A stretch of DNA of 63,932 bases, filler included, from Corallochytrium limacisporum Hawaii (lineage: Eukaryota > Protista > Pluriformea), in the NCBI GenBank assembly GCA_002811645.1. It is 5 parts of 5 records of this genome, joined end to end, with 100 filler letters (N's around TTAATTAATTAA, not from the genome) between each part and the next. Parts side by side here need not be neighbours in the genome. Positions count along the whole stretch, not along the records: positions 26,079 to 44,764 come from PDIP01000164.1; 4 more parts are not named here. One strand, 5' to 3'. The number at the start of each line of letters is the position of its first letter. Position 1 is the first letter of the stretch. Shown piece after piece: positions 31,942 to 42,753 of the stretch. The notes beneath the pieces are model-generated. The model was not told the DNA's origin. It saw nothing but the letters and a program-made list of their open reading frames with translations, and searched no databases. Both the position numbers and the translations under genes were made by a program.

Positions 31942-34900
31942 TTACAAAGCACCCGGAACGTGCATATATTGACGAACGGGCACACCCTCATGATGTCGGA
32001 AGTGGTGCTCAATCTCTTTCTCCACCGGTTTGGGACCGTGGCCAGCGCCACCGCTCTCCTCATCACCGGACTTTGCTCCCTCCGGACGGTACTGTTTGTT
32101 CCGAACAATGTCCGTAGGGTACGGGCTTAGAATGTTCCACAGTGTCCTGCCGATGAGATGCGGCGTCAGCGTGAAGACAGGCACGACCAGGTATATCATC
32201 CAAAACTTGGCGGTGCTCGCGACCTCCGCCAGAACACCGAAATTCGAATCCGAGGGAGTCGTGTAGACAACAGCACCAATGATCCAGTAGATCGCAACAG
32301 ACAAGATCATACTGCACGCATGTGGCCACGTCCAGGTCATGGTCATGATGGCCAGATCTAGGTTGACCGTGAGTACCAAACATGCGCCCCACACGAAGCC
32401 CAGCGAGTACAGATCTGCACCTTCGTAGTCGTCACGATATGCAAGGTACGGGATCCAGTACACACAGCTTGCTGTCCAGGCGGCGCGCAGCAGGGACACC
32501 AGGAACCATGACCAATTGTAGAACTTGTCAAGTGGGCCGGCCTGGTAGAGCACGGGGTAACGTTCCAGGTCCCTGCGACTAACGTGCATCTCAAACATGC
32601 CGATGGAAATGACTGGGAAGAATGTGAGCAGGGCATTATACATTACAATCACAACCTCCGCAACATTGTACTGTCCAGAAAATCCGTTGAAAAACTGGAA
32701 GAAGAAGATAGTGCCGACAATGCACAGGTTCTTGAAGAAGAAGAAGCGCAGCATGCGACTCAAGCGACTGTAAGACCACGCACCATGCACAAGCATCAGC
32801 GGGGCCAGGAAGCGGAACTTAGCGATGGCAAAATCGGACGCCATCACAGCCTGCATGCCCTCTTTACCGCTAATGCCAACACCAATATGAGCGGACATGA
32901 TCATGGACACGTCATTGGCACCGTCGCCGATGGCGAGGGTCATGCGACCAAAGTGATTCTTCACCACAGTGACGACCTCACTCTTCTGGAGTGGCGTGAC
33001 ACGGCAGCAGCACACAGCTCGGAGGTAGCGCACGAGCTGCAGAAAAGCAGGCAGATTGCGCTCTTTCAGGCATTCCGCGAGCATTTGGCCCTCAATTACC
33101 AGACCAATGCCGTCCGTGCCCGTGCCCGTACTCTCAAACACGTCTTCGAAGGATGAGTCGTTGGCATCGGAGCAGTCCGTACTGGACGTTGTCCCACTGC
33201 TGTCTTTGTTGTTCTGTAGTGTACTGCTACCTGAAGGATTGTGGCTCTTCGCATTAATCTCCTTCGTTGGACTGTTTGCATTGCTGTCGGTCTGATTGCT
33301 ATCAACGTCCGCGTGCTTCCCAACACCATACTTGGACAGGGCCTGCTGTGCATCCGATTCATGCGTGTGTTCGCCTACGGGATCTTCCGGAGCCTCCGGG
33401 TGCGGGTTGTCAGCGTTACCGGCCATAGCTGCGGCCGTTTCAAAGGTCGGACGGTGCGATAGGTCAGCATTATAGAGTTCGTCACTATCCACATCATTTG
33501 CACCGCAGCAGCACCAATCACCACTGCAGCACCAGCAGCAAACACCACGGGCCTTGCGTTGCTTTCGCTGTAGATCCTTGTCTTCCTCGTAGAGCACGCG
33601 CTCATGAATCTCTGGGTGACGTTCGGCAATCACTTTGAGCAGATCGTCCAGCATGTCGCGAGCAGACTGGCCCGGACGACGTCGAGAGTAGTCCAAGACG
33701 TACTGTGCCATGTTAGGAAGCAAAAGGTTTGCACTACGCGCAATGTTGTGCCCTGTTTCGAGCTTGTCTCCAGTCAGCATCCACACGCAGATGCCAGCTT
33801 CATGCATCTTCAGCACCGTCTCCGGGACATCGTCCTGCAGACGGTCTTCGACAGCAGTGATGCCAAGCATGCGCAGCGACTGTTCCATTTTTGCTGATGC
33901 AATGCTCAGTGCCTGTGCCTTACGCTTTGGATCAGACTCTAGGCCTGCCTGGAGCCATTCCTGCGAAAACTCCGAGTAGCGGTCTGCGGGTACGTCACGC
34001 ATAGCCATTACCAGCGTGCGGAAGCCTTCGCGACTGAACTTGCTGAGATTCTGGTTGGCCGTGGGCGCCAGTTCCTTTTGTTCCTCTACATCGTCCAGAA
34101 GGGCAAGCATGATCGAATCCGCTCCCTTACAAAGATGCTTGATCTCACCACCAGGACAACGCACAAACATACTCATGCGCTTCCGGTCGGAATCGAATTC
34201 GATGAGGTCGAGAAGATCATACTCGAAGTACTCGCCGTGGATTTCCAACACGGCCGTCTCGCTGCTGCGCTCGACGAGCTTGTAGCCGTACGCGTAGCAC
34301 CGCTCGGCGAGCGCGACCTCATCAGGCGACTCGCCCTCGTACATGTACTTCTTGACCAGGGACTTCTTGCCTTTCTTTCCCTTAATTGATTTGGGTTTCT
34401 CCGACACTTTGACGATTGCTGGCTCTTCAACAATGTCCCCATTCGTATCGCCATCCTCGTCTGCCTCCTCATCATCGGTGCTTGCGGGATAGACGGTGCT
34501 GCAGAGCATGATGCACAGGAACATATAATGTGCAATGGAGGCCGGATCGTTGTAGTCAAGACCTTTCTTTTCCAGGATCCCGATGCTGCCGACCTTGGGG
34601 TATTTGACTGCATCGTCTAGGTCATCACCTTTTTCACTAGAATCCTTTTTCTCGGCCTTGGACGCCAGAGTCTTACCGGCGTTCCTCTTTGCCGCCAAGG
34701 GATCCGCACCACCGTCCGCATACAGTGGATCGACGTTGAAGACATCATGACCGATCTGTAGCTTGCGCAGAATCATTTCATTCTCGGTCAGAGTACCGGT
34801 CTTGTCACTGAATATGTACTCAATCTGACCGAGGTCCTCGTTCAGATTGAACGCACGGGGTTGGCACCATCGGTCAGACACAGGATCGTACATTTTCTGA

Positions 34901-36543
34901 TCGTAGACCATAAAGTACAGCTGCGCAATCTTGATCAATTCCATTGATATGTACAGAGATATCGGTACCATGCCGTGGAACAGGATTACAAAGGTGAAGA
35001 ACGAGATCAACGCACTGACGTCGTCGGAAGTGACGCCATCTTCGAAGGAAAAATACGGGAGTTCTTCCACCGGTTCGCGCTCTTCAAGGAAAATCTTGTG
35101 CCCAATCGCACACACAGTGCAGAACACGACCAACAACGTCAACATGAGTAGAACATGTGGATTCATGGTCTTTTCCAGCTTGCTACGCTTCGGCCGAGGC
35201 GGCGTAGTATTGAGTACGACCTTAGTGTGCATGCCTGTGTAGCACACAACGCCGATGCAATGATCGACATTACGCAAAACACAGCCGCGTAGAAGCAGGT
35301 TCGAGCCATCCACGACAGTGACATCGCCGCGATAGTCAACAGAACCATTGAACTGGTAGACTTTGACGTTCGGTGGCTCGCAGTATATCATCATGTTGTC
35401 AAGTTCGGACTTGAAGAAGGCTGTCTCGTCCGTCGCGAGTGCATCGTTGACCAAGGGTACCGGATGGCGTTGCTTCAAGTTCGTTTCACCATCAATGTTA
35501 GCCGTCTCGAGGAAGGCGACACCATTCGGCCCAGTAGATCCCAAGAGCAGCATATCAGCTGGCACAATGTCTCCATTATGTAGCTTAACAACGTCACCAA
35601 CGTGCAACGAACGCCACTCCATACTCACCCACTCTCCGGTGCGTAGGACCTTGGTTTTGCGCCCGTTGACCTCCTTGTCACTACGGTGCCTCTTGATGTC
35701 CTCACTGGCGTCCTTGATGGCGGTGGCAGAAAGTACCAGAATTAAGGGCATGGCCGCTGTAGCCGAACTGAACGCGCTGACCTGTGGAATGTAGTTTAGC
35801 ACCACAAGCAACAGAAAGTAAATGTTGGCAACCCGGTGAAACTGGATCCACAAGTTCTTCGGAATGAAATTGATGACGGTGTACTTGGTGCTGCTGATCT
35901 TGTTCGTCGGGAAGTGGTGCTTGCCGTGGAAGGTCTCATGCGGTTCCAGTTCTGGTGTCTCGCCCGTTGCATGCGTGCGCTCGAGGTGTGCCTTCTGCCC
36001 ACCCTGCCTCTTCCGAAGCCATTTTCTGAAGTATTCTGTTAACCCACAGGTGATGATGCCAAGACCAACCAAAAATTTGTTCCAGCATCCGATAGCTTCA
36101 GAGTCTAGCATAAGCTCGTGATCACCTTCCTCGTCCGAAGGCTTGATGGCGCGAAATTTATTCGCCTCGTCGTACGCGCTGGCGCCAGATCCGAGCGAAA
36201 CATGGCTATTAAAGCGCTGGATTGACGATTCGTGGATAGACCTGCGAGCACTCAATTGTCGACTTGTCTCGCGCATTGTTCCCACTGAAATCGACGAGTA
36301 GCGACGCTGCAGCGATCCTGGAGCGGGCGCGCCGTGTGACTGAGAAGACTGCGTGCCGGGCATCTCGTCCATTTTATCGAGTGATAGGGCAACGAAATTG
36401 GCGCCATTATCTTCGTCGTTATGCCTTTCATCACTACTGCCTTGTCTGCCCTGACCCGTTTGCATCAGCGGGACTGTGCTGTTCCGGGTCTCTGTGACGC
36501 TGCCGTCCAGTTCGGACGACCGTGCAGAGTCCTGATTGCTCAT
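31942..36543 (-). CDS. P4-ATPase phospholipid flippase, ATP10/class-5-like
   Basis: DGETNLK, PISLY, EDLGQIEYIFSDKTGTLT, ESPDE, WMLTGDK, LAIGDGAND, AVMASDF; intronless; first ATG at 36543 (ORF track starts at GTG 36585). Confidence 0.97.
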   Translation of the reverse strand: MSNQDSARSSELDGSVTETRNSTVPLMQTGQGRQGSSDERHNDEDNGANFVALSLDKMDEMPGTQSSQSHGAPAPGSLQRRYSSISVGTMRETSRQLSARRSIHESSIQRFNSHVSLGSGASAYDEANKFRAIKPSDEEGDHELMLDSEAIGCWNKFLVGLGIITCGLTEYFRKWLRKRQGGQKAHLERTHATGETPELEPHETFHGKHHFPTNKISSTKYTVINFIPKNLWIQFHRVANIYFLLLVVLNYIPQVSAFSSATAAMPLILVLSATAIKDASEDIKRHRSDKEVNGRKTKVLRTGEWVSMEWRSLHVGDVVKLHNGDIVPADMLLLGSTGPNGVAFLETANIDGETNLKQRHPVPLVNDALATDETAFFKSELDNMMIYCEPPNVKVYQFNGSVDYRGDVTVVDGSNLLLRGCVLRNVDHCIGVVCYTGMHTKVVLNTTPPRPKRSKLEKTMNPHVLLMLTLLVVFCTVCAIGHKIFLEEREPVEELPYFSFEDGVTSDDVSALISFFTFVILFHGMVPISLYISMELIKIAQLYFMVYDQKMYDPVSDRWCQPRAFNLNEDLGQIEYIFSDKTGTLTENEMILRKLQIGHDVFNVDPLYADGGADPLAAKRNAGKTLASKAEKKDSSEKGDDLDDAVKYPKVGSIGILEKKGLDYNDPASIAHYMFLCIMLCSTVYPASTDDEEADEDGDTNGDIVEEPAIVKVSEKPKSIKGKKGKKSLVKKYMYEGESPDEVALAERCYAYGYKLVERSSETAVLEIHGEYFEYDLLDLIEFDSDRKRMSMFVRCPGGEIKHLCKGADSIMLALLDDVEEQKELAPTANQNLSKFSREGFRTLVMAMRDVPADRYSEFSQEWLQAGLESDPKRKAQALSIASAKMEQSLRMLGITAVEDRLQDDVPETVLKMHEAGICVWMLTGDKLETGHNIARSANLLLPNMAQYVLDYSRRRPGQSARDMLDDLLKVIAERHPEIHERVLYEEDKDLQRKQRKARGVCCWCCSGDWCCCGANDVDSDELYNADLSHRPTFETAAAMAGNADNPHPEAPEDPVGEHTHESDAQQALSKYGVGKHADVDSNQTDSNANSPTKEINAKSHNPSGSSTLQNNKDSSGTTSSTDCSDANDSSFEDVFESTGTGTDGIGLVIEGQMLAECLKERNLPAFLQLVRYLRAVCCCRVTPLQKSEVVTVVKNHFGRMTLAIGDGANDVSMIMSAHIGVGISGKEGMQAVMASDFAIAKFRFLAPLMLVHGAWSYSRLSRMLRFFFFKNLCIVGTIFFFQFFNGFSGQYNVAEVVIVMYNALLTFFPVISIGMFEMHVSRRDLERYPVLYQAGPLDKFYNWSWFLVSLLRAAWTASCVYWIPYLAYRDDYEGADLYSLGFVWGACLVLTVNLDLAIMTMTWTWPHACSMILSVAIYWIIGAVVYTTPSDSNFGVLAEVASTAKFWMIYLVVPVFTLTPHLIGRTLWNILSPYPTDIVRNKQYRPEGAKSGDEESGGAGHGPKPVEKEIEHHFRHHEGVPVRQYMHVPGAL

Positions 36544-39500
36544 GTCTTCGGTCGTATGCTGTTCCCTAGCTTCCCCGTTGTGCACCTGATTGTGTGAGTT
36601 GCGTCTAATTACAGGACCTGCGTTTTCGTGAGCTTCCTGTCAGTCTAATTGTGGGGATACACACCCAATTTCAGTGGCTGTCAAACATCTATCTACTCGC
36701 AAATCACTACTGGTTGACTGTCTGTATGTTGTTCACTCTCCTATATCTATATCAAAGGCCAGAACAAGATCGAATCCTAAAGGCCTCTTCCGACTTGTAC
36801 AATTGATGGCGATGCAATCTTCTTTGTGATGCCAAACTTACAAGTCTGCAACCCTCTTTCATATAACTTCCGTACCTAATTATCTGCGGAATCAAGTCCC
36901 TTTTCTCTTCTCCTAATTCCTACTATTCTTCCCTTCCAGGGCCTTACAGCTATGTCTGGAATTTCGTACCGTTCGCCTAGAGATTACGTCCATGCTGAAG
37001 TACGTGACCCAATTGTGATGCCGAATTGACTCTATGTTCTTCCACCTTCCAGTTGATCATCTTGAGGGATATTCTCTTGTGAACAACGTCATCGGAATGC
37101 GGCTTCTGAGAAAGTCGCAAGTTCAAACACGCCATGCTCACTTGCCATCGAAAAGTCCTTGAGAAAGGAGCCGCACCGAATGGTTCGTTCACGGACTCAA
37201 ACATCACTTGCTCACTCGCACTCTCACCGTTCCGGAATCGATTAGCCACCTTCTGGCCTCCCAACCGCCTTGGGAGAGGCAGGTCTATGGTTCTGCCGGC
37301 AGAGGTCGGGAAACGACGGCGCGTTCTCTCTCTCTCTGTCCCCCTTCCCGGGCCTCTTCCTACTGCTCTTTCTCTTACGCCTGGGGCGGGCCCATTTTCT
37401 TCTGCGCTCTTCCTTTCTTTTTCATTTTTTTCCTGTGTGCTTTTCTAATTCGCTCGCATTTCTCTCTTCCCTCTCTCCTTCTTTCTCTCTCGCTCTCTCT
37501 TCCCCGAAGCGGCGGGCGCTTAGGGAGGCGGGGGAGGGGAGAGTGGGGTCGTGAATTCCTTGACGGAATTTTGCAGCGTATTTCATGTCCCTCTCAGTGA
37601 TCGCAGAGAACTACGCTTCAGGGAACACTCCCCCCGCCCCGGGAGGTGGGGGGGGCCGAGGAGCGAAGGCGAACGGGGGAAAAGGGGGTGGGAGTAGAGA
37701 GAGACGGAGCGGAGATGGAGATTGGGGGGGAAAAAAACGAAGTAAAAAGCAGGAGAGTGCTTAGCCACAGGAGGCTTCGGTCGCTTGGACACCCCATGCT
37801 AGGTACCGGCAAGTAACAAAAAATGAAAATGAAAAACCTGGTGTCTGGTCCAACCCCGGGAGCGGGAAGGGGGGGGGGGGCTGCGTGAGTTAGTACCTTT
37901 GAGGGGATTTTTGGGGGGGAGTGGTGACAAGGAATTTTGCCCTGAAAATTTCTTTCCGAATATTTTACCCACCACCCCCAACCAACCAACCAAAGGCACC
38001 GAACGTTCGCCAAAGCGGTGCCCAGCTGGCCCGCTGTCTGGCATCGCCCGTGTGAGGAGCTGAAGAAAAATCACAGCAAACTTGAAAATTTTCCGCGGAA
38101 GTGGTAGTTTTGTCCCATAGAGCTGATATTGAATGCTGCGTAAAGCCCGCTTGAGAGACTTGTGGGTTTGTTCCGAGTGCGTTCGGATGCTATCTGATCG
38201 AAACCGTGTGGTGATACGGGCTACCGCCTACCAGCGTCACCAAATTTTCTAAGTCCAACATTACAACATGGTAAGAGACGTATTCATACAATATGTATGA
38301 TATGGGGCAGATGTAAACACCTAAGTACCTATACACTTGCCCAGATCTACCAGAGGTTTCTCCGGAGGGGAGAGATGACTAAATCCCGCTCCTCCTCCCC
38401 CCCCCCCGAGAGAGAGAGAGAGAGAGAGAGTCAGGAGAGACCCCCCCCCGGGGGCTCTTCTCTTCCTCGGCTAACCGACCAAGAACGGGGGCGCGAGTGC
38501 GTAGTGTGGAAATGTTAGCAACCCCGGGACCCCGCACCGAAAAGGAACACGCAGAAAATTGAAAATATTTCGAAAAAAAAAAAAGAGAAAAAAGAAGGAG
38601 AGAAGGACCAAGAGCCAAAAGAGGGCCAACGTCACCGGCAGTGCCGTGAATGCCTCAGAGGTTCGCAAGCAAAACGAGGGCTTTGTTTCCTCAGGCCGTC
38701 TGCTCGTATCGCATTGCCACCGTGTCTTTTCGCCTTGTTCGCCCTCGCAGGCAGTTTACGGTCTAGCATCGCGGCACTGACGACCGCTGCGCCGCAGTGG
38801 GTGACTTGCATCAGACCTCTGAAGTTTGGTGAGCTCACCACAGACCGAGAGAGCGCCAGAGAGTGTGAGTGCGGGAGTGAGATGTTGGGGCCACCCATAA
38901 TTCCAGTGTCTTGCTGTGTGTGTTTCGGGTTCTCATGGGAATGTGTGTGTTGTGGTCACTGGCGCCTTGGAATGCGCGGCCCGTGCCATGACTTGGGCAG
39001 CGATTCGGGGTCTCATCTGTCAATGTCGCCCCGGTCCGGGGTCTGCCTGGTGTGCGCGGCTCAGGGCGGTCCTACTTTGGGACAGATCCGCCTGAACCAG
39101 GCCGTCAGTGTGGTGATCTAACCATAAGGGACCCTGTTGTATCGGTATGTTTCGAATATGGCAACTTCACCCGACAAGGTCAGAGCAGCGCACTCTATCA
39201 CCTCGCCGGGAAGGTAGCTGTTGTGATCGGTCCTACCCGGCAACTGCTGCGGACGTTGTACAGCCTGATCATTGCTGCAATGAGCCGTACGGTCATGGTA
39301 ATGTTGATGCGCATGATGTTGTTGGCGAGGTTGGGCAATAAGGGGGAGGGCGGCGATGGATGCCAACAGCCATCCATTGGCTGACCGCCCCGATTCAAAA
39401 CGACAGATACGGCCGTACGAGATTCTGTTCCGGTATGTGAAATCAGTGGATAGTGGCATAAAGAGAAAAGCACCGACTTGCTCCCTACCTCTGATTTTGT

Positions 39501-40176
39501 TCGAGGGCCATGCAATGACACACGTCGGTCCGGTACTAGAAGTACGCAAACTGGCCTTTTGCAGGGTTGTGCCCGGGTCGTAGAGAATGTATGGAGTCAT
39601 AATCGATCGAAAAAGGAAATTTTTCCAAGGCGCTGACGGTAGCTGGGCAATGGCTGGACAAGTACTGGGCAGTATGACCGGGAGAGTGGGACGAAAGAAG
39701 GAAGGAGAAGGACGGAGGGGGGGGGGCATGGTATTTTCTCTCAGTATCCAGAGTACCGAATTTGTCCCAAAAGTGTTGAACACTTTAAGTACTGGAACCT
39801 TGATTAAATGGACTCCCATTTATACACAGCTTTGGGGAGGGGGTTTCTTGAGATCGCGTGGCTTGGAACTGTTCCAGGGTGGGCTCCACAGGGAGGTGGT
39901 GTGTCTCGGCTGCCAAAGGATCAGAAGATATTTAGCAGAGACATTCTTTGAACAGTCTCGGCCCATGTTCATTGCTATCGATTACAAGTAACCATAGGGT
40001 GCTGCTCCGTTTCTTTAGTCTGCTGTCGTTTGTCAACGCTGGCGGTTTGCATGTGATTTGATTCACCCGCCGGGTCGTAGCAAAAGGTCAAATCAAAACA
40101 CAACAATGTCCTGAACCACTCTTTGTAAGGAAACAGGTCTTAATTCTAGCCACTATTCTTACCCCAGGAAAGATTA

Positions 40177-42753
40177 ATGGCAGCACAGTGGAGGGATCCA
40201 TTTCCGGAGGACCATGATCCTCAAACCTGGGGAAGGACGTCGCTCTCGGAAACAGATGTCGAAATCGCAGAGGGTCGTGGGTGGCTGATCAATGACCACA
40301 TTTTGAAATACCGGGAAGACATCACCAGTTCGGACCAACAAATAGAGATCAGCAGTACTGGAGGCTGGGGTCTTAGAGCGAGGAATGGGATCGACGAGGT
40401 TGGGGTGCTGCTGTTGCAGGACGTTGCGTTTGGAGCGGAAAGTGGGACAAGACCATCGGACAGCAGCCATTGGCCGAGTCATGAGGTTCTGTACAACCGT
40501 GACGCCGCAACGCAAGGGTACCGATTCTGTGGCAAGGATTCTGTGGAGCGAGAGCCCGTGCAGTACAACGACGACCTCCTGCTTACCGCGGAGGTGCGGA
40601 TCCGTCGTTTCCTGGTCGATCTCACTCACGGACCGAGAGAGGCGGTCGGCGAAAGATATCGATCTCTTCTCGACCCGGACACTTTGTGCTCGGATGAGGT
40701 GATTCTCGGCCGATCGCGGAGTGAGCCGAACAATGATCCGCTGGCGAATCATTTTGTGAAAACTGTCACGCTCTTTGCCGGGGTTCTGGGGTGCCACCTA
40801 GCAGCTTCGCAGCACCTGTTCACAGCCATCGAAGAGTTCTTCGGCGACTCTCCGGCCTTTGCTGCACAAATCGCTGCAAAGATTGCCTCCATTGATGAAT
40901 CCTTTGCCAGAGATCCACGTTTGTGTGACCTCTACAACCGACTCCACGTCGCTTACTGCCCCGAATCGTCGACGAGAGTTCCCATCATCTCTGCGACGGC
41001 TTTCCGCCGGGCCCTGCGGTTCCTCCTGGCCGGACACTTGAACGAATTCGAAGGATCACACCTCTTTCCCTCGGCAGCCGCCAAATTGAACCACAGTTGC
41101 CGTCCCAACTGCGCCTACCGCATCGTTGAGCGCAAAATGTTCACACCTGGCGGCCAAACGGTGATCGCCGTCTTCGAACTGCGCAATCTGCGACCACTAG
41201 CTCGGGGAGAGGAATTGACTATCAATTATCTAGGCGCAAGCGCCCTGATGCCGCGTGTTGCCCGACGCTGGGTCCAAGCACGGTTCAAGCTCTTTGATTG
41301 TCAGTGCCGGCGGTGCGTGGTTGGTGATGACGACGCGAACAGAAGCAATGGTGTCGGCCGGCGCAGGATTGATGGTGCAGCGCGCCTACCCTGCACCGAC
41401 ACGGCTGGGTGCCGACAATGGCACATGGACCGCGCCGAAGCACTCGAGCGGAGCGGCCCCATGAACCGTTCGTTTGCGTACGTTGATGATGTCAGGGACC
41501 TACAGGGTCAGGGACAGCGGGCCCCTATCTGTGTTACTTGCGCAACACCGCTCTCTGCCAAGCACCAAAAGCAGGCGGCCGTACTGCAAGCGTCTGTTTC
41601 CAGAGCCTTCTTGCTCCCAGACATTGCCACAGGCAACCTACCGGACGTCGCTTCGCTCCCGGTGCAGTCCGGGGCACGCGAACAGGCCGTGCGGGCCTTG
41701 AATCTAGCTCGGAGCCTGCATGGACCTGAGGCGTGGGTCACTCGCGAAATGGGTGAGCTGCTCAGTCGGGCGATGGGGCGGGTCATGCCGACCTACGCTC
41801 AGAAAGTCGCACGGATGCCACATCGACGGCTAGTGGAGCTGCGTGGCGCGAAGGCAGACTCTGATGCTTCGGCAGACGAAGCCAAGGTCTTCCGCGCTGT
41901 CCAGGATGGTCTGAGCGTGGACAGCGAGGTATTTGATGCACTGACACTACTGCGTTTAAACCTGGCTGCGTGGAGCGGGGTCATGCTCAATCAGGTGAAG
42001 ACTGCGTCCGAGCCGACGACGGATGACGAGGATCCAGGTCTTACCACAGGTCTAACGTACGGCCTCCTGTGGTGGGCATCCGAGCACGCACCTGACCTCT
42101 TCTGCGCTGCCGTCCAGCTTGCCCCTTCTCCTACCGAATCCTGGTCGGTACCGCTGTTGCGATCTACCGTTCTTGCGTTGTATGCTGTTCGAAGGATCGT
42201 GTACGGGCCCTTCACGCCGACAGACGATGACGAAGACGACGACGAAGACGTGGCCGCCAATGACACGGGTCTAGAACTTTTAAGAACGGTCCTTGATCCG
42301 TCACGGAACCGCAGGATCATGTCGGAATCATGCAGGGACATGGTAGATCGCCTTTTTGGCCAAGATCTTGGCAAGAACGATCACGATGATAACGATGATG
42401 ACCGGCACGAAGTCACAGAGAGGAACGATCGGAAGCCCACCCGTTTGCCCCGGGAGCTGTCCATGTGCTGCCATTGCGGACTCTTTGTGCACGCCCGTTC
42501 CACAGACCTCACTCCGTGTCCCAAGTGCCGGGCGGTGGTCTACTGCCGTTCCGGCAAGTGTCGTCAGCGAGATTGGCAGTTGCGGCATCGATTGCAGTGT
42601 ACGCAGCGTTACGACCATCTCATCGTGGCAGCGGAGGCCGTGATCTCCGTGACCGATCGGCAGTCATTCTGTGTCGAGGAGATCGCACGGTTGCGGACCG
42701 CGGCAGAGTGTTTGTTGTTACCGGGTGGAACGGACATCATTAAGACACACTGA
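40177..42753 (+). CDS. SET-domain lysine methyltransferase (SMYD-like) with C-terminal zf-MYND
   Basis: LNHSCRPNC, GEELTINY, post-SET FDCQCRRC; C-terminal CCHC...CPKCRAVVYCRSGKCRQRDWQLRHRLQC. Confidence 0.88.
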   Translation: MAAQWRDPFPEDHDPQTWGRTSLSETDVEIAEGRGWLINDHILKYREDITSSDQQIEISSTGGWGLRARNGIDEVGVLLLQDVAFGAESGTRPSDSSHWPSHEVLYNRDAATQGYRFCGKDSVEREPVQYNDDLLLTAEVRIRRFLVDLTHGPREAVGERYRSLLDPDTLCSDEVILGRSRSEPNNDPLANHFVKTVTLFAGVLGCHLAASQHLFTAIEEFFGDSPAFAAQIAAKIASIDESFARDPRLCDLYNRLHVAYCPESSTRVPIISATAFRRALRFLLAGHLNEFEGSHLFPSAAAKLNHSCRPNCAYRIVERKMFTPGGQTVIAVFELRNLRPLARGEELTINYLGASALMPRVARRWVQARFKLFDCQCRRCVVGDDDANRSNGVGRRRIDGAARLPCTDTAGCRQWHMDRAEALERSGPMNRSFAYVDDVRDLQGQGQRAPICVTCATPLSAKHQKQAAVLQASVSRAFLLPDIATGNLPDVASLPVQSGAREQAVRALNLARSLHGPEAWVTREMGELLSRAMGRVMPTYAQKVARMPHRRLVELRGAKADSDASADEAKVFRAVQDGLSVDSEVFDALTLLRLNLAAWSGVMLNQVKTASEPTTDDEDPGLTTGLTYGLLWWASEHAPDLFCAAVQLAPSPTESWSVPLLRSTVLALYAVRRIVYGPFTPTDDDEDDDEDVAANDTGLELLRTVLDPSRNRRIMSESCRDMVDRLFGQDLGKNDHDDNDDDRHEVTERNDRKPTRLPRELSMCCHCGLFVHARSTDLTPCPKCRAVVYCRSGKCRQRDWQLRHRLQCTQRYDHLIVAAEAVISVTDRQSFCVEEIARLRTAAECLLLPGGTDIIKTH

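Noticed and set aside
39117-39128. ctaaccataa as a telomerase RNA template
   Set aside because: Mismatch to the CTAACCCTAA needed for TTAGGG repeats, and no other telomerase RNA element recognised
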